Shown here in pieces: positions 15,533-23,470 of a stretch of 23,470 nucleotides of DNA. Under the pieces are notes generated by a model, which did not search any database, had not been told where the DNA came from, and saw nothing but the letters and a program-made list of their open reading frames with translations. The translations under genes and the position numbers were made by a program. The first letter of the stretch is position 1. Each line of letters opens with the position of its first letter. Source of the stretch: an uncultured Eubacteriales bacterium (GTDB taxonomy: Bacteria; Bacillota; Clostridia; Lachnospirales; CAYPQA01); NCBI GenBank assembly GCA_964412725.1, contig CAYPQA010000024.1:1-23470 (forward strand), written 5' to 3'.

Positions 15533-16552
15533 ATGGACTTATATAAGCGCATTAGTTCAGGAATTTATTTTATCGCGGAGATGTCTGCGAACCATGCAGG
15601 AAGTTTAGAAAATGCCCTTGCGATTGTCGATGAGGCTAAGGAGGCCGGTGCCGATTGTTTGAAAATCCAGACATACACAGCGGACACCCTTACCATAGAC
15701 TGTGACAATGAATATTTCAAAATCAAAGGCGGCTTGTGGGACGGGTATCGTCTCTATGAATTATACAAAGAGGCCTACACGCCTTGGGAATGGCAGCCAA
15801 AGATAAAAGAACGCTGTGAAGAGCTTGGGATGGATTTTCTTTCAACACCGTTTGACAAAACGGCCGTTGATTTTCTCGAGAATATGAATATTTCCTGCTA
15901 CAAAATTGCTTCATTTGAGCTTGTAGACATCCCTCTCATAAAATATGCGGCAAGCAAAGGCAAGCCTATGATTATATCCTGCGGTATGGGCTCGATCGAA
16001 GAAATTGAAGATGCTGTGAATGCTTGTAAATCTGTGGGGAATAATCAAATTGTTTTGCTTAAGTGTACAAGTGAATATCCCGCTAGGCTTGCGGATATGA
16101 ACCTAGCCACAATAAGCGATATGAAAAGCAGGTTTAACCTTCCTATCGGCCTATCGGATCATTCAATGGGCAACCTCGCCTCTGTTGTTGCAGTTTCGCT
16201 TGGTGCGTGTGTGATTGAAAAGCATTTCTGCTTGGATAGGAAAATCAAAAATCCTGATAGCGAATTCTCAATGGAGCCGCATGAATTTAAAAGCCTTGTA
16301 AAAGAAGTTAGAGATGCTCTAAGCGCAAGAGGCTCTGCATCATATGAACTCACAGAAAAAGAAACAGCTTCAAAGGTATTCAGACGTTCCATATTTTGTA
16401 TAAAAGACATTAAAGCCGGTGAAAAATTCACAGACGAAAATATAAGGGTTATAAGACCCGGTTACGGTGAAAAACCCAAGTATTTTGAGTCATTGATTGG
16501 ACAGGACGCTAAAAAGGATTACTCATTTGGAGAACCTGTTTCCGAAAGATAA
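15533..16552 (+). CDS. pseI: NeuB-family sialic-acid-type synthase, probably pseudaminic acid synthase PseI
   Basis: TIM-barrel NeuB motifs (FIAEMSANHAGSLENALAIVDEAKEAGADCLKIQTY) and a C-terminal SAF domain. Context with pseC/pseG-like genes favours Pse over Neu/Leg, but that cannot be proven from sequence alone. Confidence 0.75.
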   Translation: MDLYKRISSGIYFIAEMSANHAGSLENALAIVDEAKEAGADCLKIQTYTADTLTIDCDNEYFKIKGGLWDGYRLYELYKEAYTPWEWQPKIKERCEELGMDFLSTPFDKTAVDFLENMNISCYKIASFELVDIPLIKYAASKGKPMIISCGMGSIEEIEDAVNACKSVGNNQIVLLKCTSEYPARLADMNLATISDMKSRFNLPIGLSDHSMGNLASVVAVSLGACVIEKHFCLDRKIKNPDSEFSMEPHEFKSLVKEVRDALSARGSASYELTEKETASKVFRRSIFCIKDIKAGEKFTDENIRVIRPGYGEKPKYFESLIGQDAKKDYSFGEPVSER

Positions 16553-16572
16553 AATTCAGAAGGGGTCGCATT

Positions 16573-17235
16573 ATGGCTAATAAAACAACTGACGGTAACT
16601 GTTTCGTCTGTGGTGAAACACTGGGTAAAGTTAAAATGAAGAATCATATAATGAAAGAGCATACGCCAGACGCATTAGAAGAACCTTGTTATTTGATTAA
16701 GGTTGAAGGAAGGCATAATAATAATTATTGGCTTTTCATTGAGGTTAGTAAAACCGCAACCTTTTCTAACCTTGACGGATTTATGCGCGATATATGGTTG
16801 GAATGTTGCGGGCATTTAAGTGCTTTTTCTAATGAATATAATGATGAAATTCCCATGATAAAAAGTATTGGTTCTGTACTTAATGTGAACTCTAAATTCT
16901 ACCACGAATACGATTTTGGTTCTACAACAGAAACAATGTATACGGTTGTAAAAGAATATACACGTCCAAAAACCAAAGAGCAGGTAAGATTATTGGCTAG
17001 AAATGTCCCGATTGAACTCAAATGTAGCGAATGCAGACAGCCTGCCTCATTTATATGTCAGGAATGTATGTATGATTGCGAAAATCCATGTTTTTGCGAT
17101 ACGTGTATCGGCAGCCATGAATGTGATGAGAATATGTATATTGTCATAACAAATTCACCCCGCTGTGGCGAATGCGCATATTGTAACGAAGACGAAAGGT
17201 ATATTTTTAATCCCGATAAGTTAGGTGCATTTTAA
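16573..17235 (+). CDS. Cys-rich protein: N-terminal C2H2-like zinc finger, a pRiA4b-ORF3-like core (tentative) and a Cys-cluster C-terminus
   Basis: CFVCGETLGKVKMKNHIMKEH (CxxC...HxxxxH). Core YLIKVEGRHNNNYWLFIEVSKTATFSNLDGFMRDIWLECCGHLSAF resembles the PF07929 pattern from memory. C-terminal CSECRQPASFICQECMYDCENPCFCDTCIGSHEC and CGECAYC. Good RBS and flanking genes support it being coding. Confidence 0.55.
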   Translation: MANKTTDGNCFVCGETLGKVKMKNHIMKEHTPDALEEPCYLIKVEGRHNNNYWLFIEVSKTATFSNLDGFMRDIWLECCGHLSAFSNEYNDEIPMIKSIGSVLNVNSKFYHEYDFGSTTETMYTVVKEYTRPKTKEQVRLLARNVPIELKCSECRQPASFICQECMYDCENPCFCDTCIGSHECDENMYIVITNSPRCGECAYCNEDERYIFNPDKLGAF

Positions 17236-17265
17236 AAAAGGGAAGCCTATAAAAATGGTGATATT

Positions 17266-18225
17266 GTGAAATTATTATTTTGTACAAATTTTAATCCGGC
17301 TATAGGCTCCGGCCACTTAATGCGCTGTATGTCATTAGCCAAGGCTGCTGTAAAGCTCGGTTGTTCTGTATTTTTTGCTGTTGACAGTGATTATGGCGCT
17401 GACCTAATCACTGCCAACGGCTTTAATTTTGTTGTTTCGGACGCATTGGATGCGATTGAGCAGTTTGAACCGGACTTCACTATCGTTGACAGCTACTCTG
17501 TTACGTATGAATTTCTTTCAAAGCTTAGGTCAAAGACACGTTTGGCTTATATTGATGACCTTTATATGTTTGACTATCCGGTTGACGTACTTATTAATTA
17601 CAACGCTTATGCAGAGAGTATGAATTATAAAATGGAGTGCCGTTATATTTTAGGCCCTGCATACGCACCTTTGAGAGATGAATTTATAGGCTTGCCCACA
17701 AAAAAAGTCGAGCCTATTGTGAAAAATATCTTAATCACAACAGGCTCGACAGATGATTTTGGTTTTTGTTCAACGCTTATCAAAAGAGGAAATTTATCAG
17801 AAGATGTTACCTATAACATAGTTGTCGGGAAGTTTTTTGATGCGGATAAGCTTACAAAACTTGCAGGAAAAAGAATGAATGTAACGCTTCATTTCAACGT
17901 AAGTGCCATGTCAAAGCTTATGCTTGAAAACGACCTTTGCATATCAGCTTGTGGCTCCACGCTTTATGAACTCTGCGCCTGCGGTCTGCCTACGGTTTGC
18001 TTCAGCTTGGCAGATAACCAACTGCCTGGCGCAAAAGCATTCTGCGACAGCGGTCTTATGCTTTATGCGGGAGATGTGAGAACCGGCTTAGAACCCATTG
18101 TGAATAAAGCCTTAGAGTTGATTGAAAGCCTAGATGTCAATGTCAGAAAAGAGCTTTCCTCACGTCAGCAGCTATTGGTTGACGGAATGGGTGCTTTCAG
18201 GGTTATTGAGCAACTTATGCCTTAA
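17266..18225 (+). CDS. pseG: PseG-like UDP-2,4-diacetamido-2,4,6-trideoxy-beta-L-altropyranose hydrolase (GT28-like)
   Basis: N-terminal KLLFCTNFNPAIGSGHLMRCMSLAKA matches the PseG R/K..G.GH..R signature. MurG/GT28-like C-terminal half. GTG start with a weak RBS. Confidence 0.65.
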   Translation: MKLLFCTNFNPAIGSGHLMRCMSLAKAAVKLGCSVFFAVDSDYGADLITANGFNFVVSDALDAIEQFEPDFTIVDSYSVTYEFLSKLRSKTRLAYIDDLYMFDYPVDVLINYNAYAESMNYKMECRYILGPAYAPLRDEFIGLPTKKVEPIVKNILITTGSTDDFGFCSTLIKRGNLSEDVTYNIVVGKFFDADKLTKLAGKRMNVTLHFNVSAMSKLMLENDLCISACGSTLYELCACGLPTVCFSLADNQLPGAKAFCDSGLMLYAGDVRTGLEPIVNKALELIESLDVNVRKELSSRQQLLVDGMGAFRVIEQLMP

Positions 18226-19239
18226 ATCCTCAATAAAATCGGATATAACATCTCTGTTCAACTGGTAATAGACCTTGTTTTGCTCCTTGCCCACAATAAT
18301 AAGACCCAAGGAAACCATCTGGGCTACATGATGAGAAACAGTTGCAGTTGTGATGCCAATGCGCTTTGCAATCTGACTTCCGTACATCCGCTCCTTGCCA
18401 AGCATTAATAAAATTTCAAATTTTGTCTTTTCCGTAATGGTCTTTAAAGCATTAAGCAAATTTTCTTTTGAGAATTCTGAATTGCCCTTATACCGAATCA
18501 TCCAAGCCAAGTTAATACCCCAAAACATCACATAGTTACGATAACAGCCTTGAAATCTAAAGTCCATCGAATTTGAAATAGTAAATCTAGGATAAATTAC
18601 AAAATCGCGATCCTTTGGAAGATTCACCGGTAAATTAAGCTCACTAAAATATCCCTCTGCGCCTAGTTCTTCAAAGCCCTTTCGCATATCAGCAATCGAA
18701 CTTTCCATTGCACCTCTGATGAGGTGTATTTTTTTGCGTAAAAGTTTTTCAACCTTGTCTATTGTTTGTCTAAAGAAATCAAATAGTTCGTCAAAGTTCA
18801 GATATAAAAAAATCAACTTCGACTTCATATCATTTGAGATTTTCTTTGACATAATATATTGAAAAAGCTCGTCTTGAGAATGAATTTCCTTCTCATCGTT
18901 AAAATAATCCACAAAACATGCAAACTTTTCAATTCTCATATTCCCATCTTCATCAAAGCAATATGTGAAGATATTCCAAAGAGGCTCGCTCATACGTTCC
19001 ACATCATATGCACCGTCAAGCTTAAACAAAAACTGTAAATTTTCATTATCCGTTTCAAGGTTTGCCTCAATATATTCCATTATCTCCTTTTCCGGAGCAA
19101 ACCTCTGCGTAATCTGTTTATCATCTTTACAGATTTTCATTAGCTTTTCCTTAAATTCTTCATTCACAACCAAGGATATAGCAAAAATACTTTCAAAGAA
19201 ATAATTAAAATCATCCATTACCTTCCAATTCATTCTCAT
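18172..19239 (-). CDS. regulator with a C-terminal ArsR/SmtB-type winged helix and a large uncharacterised N-terminal domain
   Basis: C-terminus FEILLMLGKERMYGSQIAKRIGITTATVSHHVAQMVSLGLIIVGKEQNKVYYQLN is an ArsR-type HTH. The N-terminal roughly 270 aa has no recognisable domain. The tool start 19317 overlaps the MFS gene. In-frame ATGs at 19239, 19233 and 19218 are the plausible starts. Confidence 0.6.
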   Translation of the reverse strand: MRMNWKVMDDFNYFFESIFAISLVVNEEFKEKLMKICKDDKQITQRFAPEKEIMEYIEANLETDNENLQFLFKLDGAYDVERMSEPLWNIFTYCFDEDGNMRIEKFACFVDYFNDEKEIHSQDELFQYIMSKKISNDMKSKLIFLYLNFDELFDFFRQTIDKVEKLLRKKIHLIRGAMESSIADMRKGFEELGAEGYFSELNLPVNLPKDRDFVIYPRFTISNSMDFRFQGCYRNYVMFWGINLAWMIRYKGNSEFSKENLLNALKTITEKTKFEILLMLGKERMYGSQIAKRIGITTATVSHHVAQMVSLGLIIVGKEQNKVYYQLNRDVISDFIEDLRHKLLNNPESTHSVNQ

Positions 19240-20479
19240 TACCCCTGTCAATAGATTTAAAAGTTCTATTGAAGGATAATACAATAAATATAACAATGGT
19301 TGCAATGCCTGAGACAAAGAAAATTTGATTCACAGTCAGAAATGCTGCGAGAGCTGCAAGTGCGAATGATGCAACGGGCGTAAGCGCCTGCGCAATGGCG
19401 TTGAAAATTGCACCAACGCGGCTTAGATAATCCTTTTCAACGTGCTCCATAAACGCAACATTAACCACAATGCTAATAAACGAACTGCCAAAGCCGAAGA
19501 TAAAAGCAAAGGACACAAGTGAAAAATACACTAAAGATACCGTGCTTAAAAATGAAACGCCCACAAAAGCCACATATGTAATCGCTACAATAATGCCACC
19601 CGTAACAAACAAGGTGACCTTTGAAAATTTATTATTTATCTTTGGAAAGAAAAACGTGCCCAGTATAGTGCCCGATAAGAATGCTGTGCTGAATGCGGAC
19701 AGCGCGTTTTCACCCAATTTCAGACTCTCCTTAACATACGGTGTCATAAGTGAGTTTATGGGCAAAAAAAATACACCAAGCAAACTTCCCACAGCACAAA
19801 TCAAAAAAACAACCTTCTTCGTATAAAGGTATGAAAGACCTTCTTTCATTTCGTGGAAAAATTTTATTTCTGAAACATTTGCAACTTTCTTTGAGAGTTT
19901 CAATGTGCTGATAAAAATAGCGGAAATAAGGAATGTGCCTGCATTTATAAACATAGCACCCTGTAAGCCTGTTGTTGCAATAATTATGCCAAACACAGCC
20001 ATGCCAATCAGGGATGCAAGATTGGAAAACGTTTGGCTAAAAGAGGTCGCAATAGTATACTTTTCCCTCGGAACAATTTCCGGATAGATACCCATACCGG
20101 CTGGTATGCGAAATGCTTCAAATGTGGACATAAGTAAGGTGGAACAAGCAAGGATAAAGACGGAGATGTTGTCCGTCATGTAAAGAAACGCTACGACACT
20201 GACCAATATAGCGCGTCCAAAATCAGTTAACACCATTATACGCTTTTTATCAATGCGTTCTACCCAAACACCCGCGAACGGCATGAACAATATGCTGGGC
20301 AACGAGTTCAGCCCGAAAATAATCGCGGACCAAGCCCGTTGCCCAGTAACTTCATAAACCATCCAAGCAAAAGCCATAGCATCAATGGAATCTCCAAAGC
20401 GGTTTACAACGTTTGCAATAAGTTGCTTTAGATAGTTTTTCTCACTAAGTAAATCTCTGTAGCCCAGCTTCTTGTTCAT
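19211..20479 (-). CDS. MFS transporter (EntS/macrolide-efflux-like, 12 TM)
   Basis: 12 hydrophobic segments, an MFS signature-like GRAILVSV region, 422 aa. RBS GGAGG 6 nt upstream of the ATG. Confidence 0.85.
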   Translation of the reverse strand: MNKKLGYRDLLSEKNYLKQLIANVVNRFGDSIDAMAFAWMVYEVTGQRAWSAIIFGLNSLPSILFMPFAGVWVERIDKKRIMVLTDFGRAILVSVVAFLYMTDNISVFILACSTLLMSTFEAFRIPAGMGIYPEIVPREKYTIATSFSQTFSNLASLIGMAVFGIIIATTGLQGAMFINAGTFLISAIFISTLKLSKKVANVSEIKFFHEMKEGLSYLYTKKVVFLICAVGSLLGVFFLPINSLMTPYVKESLKLGENALSAFSTAFLSGTILGTFFFPKINNKFSKVTLFVTGGIIVAITYVAFVGVSFLSTVSLVYFSLVSFAFIFGFGSSFISIVVNVAFMEHVEKDYLSRVGAIFNAIAQALTPVASFALAALAAFLTVNQIFFVSGIATIVIFIVLSFNRTFKSIDRGNENELEGNG

Positions 20480-20485
20480 ATAAGA

Positions 20486-20536
20486 CCTCCATCTAATATT
20501 TGATATTATACTAATATAATATTAGATGTTTGTCAA
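20486..20536 (-). promoter_or_regulatory. promoter of the MFS/ArsR-like operon overlapped by an 11-bp inverted-repeat operator
   Basis: Minus strand reads TTGACA (20536..20531), 17 nt, then TAGTATAAT. The inverted repeat is CATCTAATATT (20490-20500) and AATATTAGATG (20518-20528) with a 17-bp spacer, spanning the -10 to RBS region. Confidence 0.45.
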
Positions 20537-20541
20537 GCGTT

Positions 20542-21252
20542 TTAAATCTCAATTTTTCTAATTACTTTTATGCACAGAGTGCTAATTAGAATGTAAATAA
20601 ATATCATAATCCCGAATTTATACAAGGGACTAAAGGCTGCAATAGACATGGCGAAACTGTTTCCGCTAAATGTCTCTGTAAAGTGAATAAAAAATTTCGG
20701 CACAATAGTTAAAGAAAATATAAAGGTAAAGTAAGCCACAAAAAAACCTTTGCGGCCAAAGCGCAGAATTATTAAACCAAAAATAATCCCTAAAACTAAC
20801 ATACCAACCATTATAATGAAAAAAATCCAAAGATTATTCACAGTGAAAATATCAAATGCACTTGGATCGGGTAAGGCTATACTGCTGTAGAGAGCCTTAT
20901 TTATAACGCATTCAATACTATTTATGCCATATAACACAAATACACCAAAAACGGCTGTAGAAAGATAGGTTATAATAGATGCTGTAATGTAGTTTTTTCT
21001 GGATATACTCATATTTATATGCTCCTTGAAGCCTTGAGAAAATCCAATTGCACTCCTAATCAAAATCGACAAGGCAATGCCTACAAGACACATAACAGAG
21101 GACATATTTGGATAAGTGTGTGGCTTTGCAAAATACATAATACTGAACAAAAACAAAAATCCGAAAAAATAAAATGCTAACGTTGAAATAAGCATTACCT
21201 TAATGTCAGTGCTAATTTTATGTTTGATTACTTTCAGAACGGTTTCGTCCAT
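20542..21252 (-). CDS. ABC-2-type/YtrC-like membrane permease component
   Basis: About 6 hydrophobic helices and no soluble domain. Last gene of the GntR, ATPase, permease, permease operon. Confidence 0.6.
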   Translation of the reverse strand: MDETVLKVIKHKISTDIKVMLISTLAFYFFGFLFLFSIMYFAKPHTYPNMSSVMCLVGIALSILIRSAIGFSQGFKEHINMSISRKNYITASIITYLSTAVFGVFVLYGINSIECVINKALYSSIALPDPSAFDIFTVNNLWIFFIIMVGMLVLGIIFGLIILRFGRKGFFVAYFTFIFSLTIVPKFFIHFTETFSGNSFAMSIAAFSPLYKFGIMIFIYILISTLCIKVIRKIEI

Positions 21253-21262
21253 ATTAGCCCCC

Positions 21263-21928
21263 TTAATTTTTAATATCCATACGCCTAATCAAAAGCCAGT
21301 TCAAAACAGCTATGACAGCACAGACACAAAGCATTATTAGTATAATATTGGGGTTGTAAAAATAATTGTAAAGTCCCATAAACCCATCCTCAGCCGCACT
21401 TTCAAAAATATTTTTTCCGTCTTTGATAATGTAATAAACTATAAAAACTATAGTTGAAGTTAAAAATGTGGCCATATAGAATACAAAGCCCCATATGCCA
21501 AACCTGTAAATCATAATTCCATAAAGCTCGCCGATTATTCCCAAGAGTATAGTAAAAACAATTACTAAGATAATCCCGCTTGAGCTTAAAAGAGCCACAT
21601 AACCCTTAAATGAACTTATTGCACAGACGCATAAGGTTGCGAATAATGCGTAGATAAGATTGTTAATCTGACCTGAAAGGAAGAAACCCATCCTTGTAGA
21701 CGAAAAGCCCATTCTTGTCTTGAAGTGAATAGTATAACGCGATAGCGAAACAAACAGGGGTGTCAAAATAAACATTAAGATTGAAATAGGGCCGCCCCCA
21801 TTAAATGTACTACCCAACATATATTCATAAAAAATATACATTAAAATAGTAATAGGTATGAGCTGCCAAAGGTTTTGTAAGTACATGTCCGAATCCGTTC
21901 TGAGATTTCTCAAAAATCCACTTTTCAT
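21263..21928 (-). CDS. ABC transporter membrane permease component
   Basis: Polytopic membrane protein. The tool start is a TTG at 22018 inside the ATPase gene. An internal Met (MKSGFLRN, near 21928) is more likely, with a small overlap to the ATPase stop. Start is uncertain. Confidence 0.55.
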   Translation of the reverse strand: MKSGFLRNLRTDSDMYLQNLWQLIPITILMYIFYEYMLGSTFNGGGPISILMFILTPLFVSLSRYTIHFKTRMGFSSTRMGFFLSGQINNLIYALFATLCVCAISSFKGYVALLSSSGIILVIVFTILLGIIGELYGIMIYRFGIWGFVFYMATFLTSTIVFIVYYIIKDGKNIFESAAEDGFMGLYNYFYNPNIILIMLCVCAVIAVLNWLLIRRMDIKN

Positions 21929-21941
21929 TGTCCCACCGCCT

Positions 21942-22811
21942 TTACAGTAATTGCACAAACAGCTTTTGAAGGCTTGCCTGAGAAACGTCAAAGTCATACT
22001 TTGAAATATCAGCTTCAAACGCTTTTATATCGTCTATCTCTATACAAACACTTTTACTGCGCCCGAGTGTTTCGGTATGCACGACTTTATATTTTTTGCA
22101 CAGTTCGTCAATATCCGTATCACGACCGCTGACCATTCTATGACGGGATAATAAAGATTCCGTATTTTCATTTTTAATGATACGCCCATTTTCAATTATG
22201 ATAACATCCTCAAGAACATTCGAGGCCTCGTCAATTATATGTGTGGAAACAACAAAGGTACGCTCCGTTTCAATAAACTCCTCCACCAAAAGCTTATAAA
22301 ACTTATCCCTCATAAAAACATCTAACCCCGCAACCGGTTCGTCCAAAAATGTCATAGGAGACTTTGAAGCAAGCGCAATGACAATCGTGACAGCGGACAG
22401 CATACCTTTTGAAAGCTTGTTTATGCGTTTTGAGGTATCAAGTTCAAATTCTCTTATAAGCTTCTCCGCATAAGCCTTATCCCAATATGGGAACATAAGC
22501 TCTGCTATTTTAAGCAATGCCTTTACCTTTCTCGCATCAGAGCCAAACATAATGGTTGCATTAAGTTCTCTTGAAAAGCAAATCTCATTCAGTGCCTTTT
22601 GATTCTCCCAAACAGGTTCACCGTTATAGGTTACGGTACCCGCTGTAGCCGGATTTTGTGAGCAAAGCAGTCCTAAAAGAGTTGTCTTGCCTGCGCCGTT
22701 ACGTCCGATAAGTCCATAAATTTTATGCGGCTCAAGTGTAAGGTCGATGCCTTTTATAACCTCCTTGGAACCGAAACGTTTAACCAAGCCCTTTGCACTT
22801 ATAGTATTCAT
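21942..22811 (-). CDS. ABC transporter ATP-binding protein
   Basis: Walker A GRNGAGKTT, signature LSKGMLS, Walker B FLDEPVAGLD, H-loop STH. ATGA overlap with the upstream gntR. Confidence 0.9.
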   Translation of the reverse strand: MNTISAKGLVKRFGSKEVIKGIDLTLEPHKIYGLIGRNGAGKTTLLGLLCSQNPATAGTVTYNGEPVWENQKALNEICFSRELNATIMFGSDARKVKALLKIAELMFPYWDKAYAEKLIREFELDTSKRINKLSKGMLSAVTIVIALASKSPMTFLDEPVAGLDVFMRDKFYKLLVEEFIETERTFVVSTHIIDEASNVLEDVIIIENGRIIKNENTESLLSRHRMVSGRDTDIDELCKKYKVVHTETLGRSKSVCIEIDDIKAFEADISKYDFDVSQASLQKLFVQLL

Positions 22812-23173
22812 AGTTCATCCTCCGATATGGTTTTAATAATCTCGTCCTTAGAAACCCCGATTATCGTGGCCTCTCTAAGTAACGGCTTCACAAATTCTGA
22901 ATCAAAACTTTTGCGGCGTTTTGACAATATCATGTCGCGTGCGCCTTCCGAAACAAACATTCCAACACCGCGTTTTTTGTAAAGGATACCGTCCGTTACA
23001 AGTGCGGTTAAACCCTTTGCGGCTGTGTTGGGGTTAATGTTATAGAGCCTTGCAAGCTCGTTCGTTGACAAACATTGTTCATTCTCGTTAACCACTCCTC
23101 GCACAATGTCGTTCTCAATCATTTGCGCAATTTGCAAAAATATTGATTTTTCGTTTGAAAATTCTTGTGGCAT
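22808..23173 (-). CDS. GntR-family (YtrA-like short) transcriptional regulator
   Basis: GntR-type wHTH (LSTNELARLYNINPNTAAKGLTALVTDGILYKKRGVGMFV). 121 aa. Heads an operon with the ABC ATPase and permeases, a YtrA-like arrangement. RBS AGGAGGAA. Confidence 0.85.
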   Translation of the reverse strand: MPQEFSNEKSIFLQIAQMIENDIVRGVVNENEQCLSTNELARLYNINPNTAAKGLTALVTDGILYKKRGVGMFVSEGARDMILSKRRKSFDSEFVKPLLREATIIGVSKDEIIKTISEDEL

Positions 23174-23189
23174 AAATTCCTCCTTTCTC

Positions 23190-23255
23190 TGTTATATCGT
23201 TATGAGGTTACCTATTTATGTATGTAACTATATAACATCTTTTTGAATTTGTCAA
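23190..23255 (-). promoter_or_regulatory. gntR operon promoter with nested inverted repeats (candidate autoregulatory operator)
   Basis: Minus strand reads TTGACA (23255..23250), 17 nt, TATAGT (23232..23227). Inverted repeat TGTTATAT (23190-23197) / ATATAACA (23230-23237). Inner GTTAC (23207-23211) / GTAAC (23224-23228) around the palindrome GGTTACC. Confidence 0.4.
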
Positions 23256-23259
23256 CAAC

Positions 23260-23302
23260 AAAAAAGCCCATCCCAAGGTTTTTCTAAGGATAGGCTTTTT
23301 TT
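23260..23302. terminator. bidirectional intrinsic terminator
   Basis: A-run (23260-23265), AGCCCATCC (23265-23273) pairing with GGATAGGCT (23288-23296) with one mismatch, T-run (23297-23302). Separates the gntR promoter from the convergent partial gene at the window end. Confidence 0.55.
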
Positions 23303-23317
23303 GTGTAACCATTAAAA

Positions 23318-23470
23318 TTTTAAGACATTAATATCTCTTTTGCAATAGACTCTGTTGTTCCAACAATTTGCTTAATCTGAGGAAGCCAATAAAATGTAGA
23401 CGTTTCATCATCGCAGCGAAAGTAAGTATCATCAAAATGGCACAAATAAACCTTTTTATTAAATGCTATT
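23318..23470 (-). CDS. C-terminal fragment of an unidentified protein; the gene continues beyond the window
   Basis: The minus-strand frame stays open from the window edge to TAA at 23320..23318 (...IAFNKKVYLCHFDDTYFRCDDETSTFYWLPQIKQIVGTTESIAKEILMS*), with a terminator just downstream. Too short to identify. Confidence 0.3.

Overview
Low-GC window from a sporulating Firmicute (Clostridia-like), placed there by the spoIIGA-sigE pair. Left third (1-8800) is a mosaic of stress/defence-type modules. It holds a RelB/DinJ antitoxin beside a PIN toxin gene killed by two in-frame stop codons. Next come two adjacent PafBC-like WYL regulators divergent from an RtcB RNA ligase gene, and then an unannotated tRNA-mimic (Y-RNA/YrlA-like) element and a cytosolic SPFH protein. 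A PadR-MBL hydrolase operon with a perfect palindromic operator follows. A complete type III toxin-antitoxin locus follows, with 2.9 tandem 36-nt RNA repeats, a terminator and a ToxN/AbiQ-family toxin; the ORF track misses its RNA part and misplaces the toxin start. The rest is spoIIGA-sigE, a CE7 acetyl-xylan esterase, an operon-like run (acyl-CoA ligase, TIM-barrel isomerase, thioredoxin, pseC, pseI, Cys-rich zinc-finger protein, pseG), an MFS transporter with an ArsR-like regulator, and a GntR-ABC transporter operon on the minus strand. The two leads for new biology are the WYL-WYL/rtcB/tRNA-mimic/SPFH cluster and the ToxIN-type locus.
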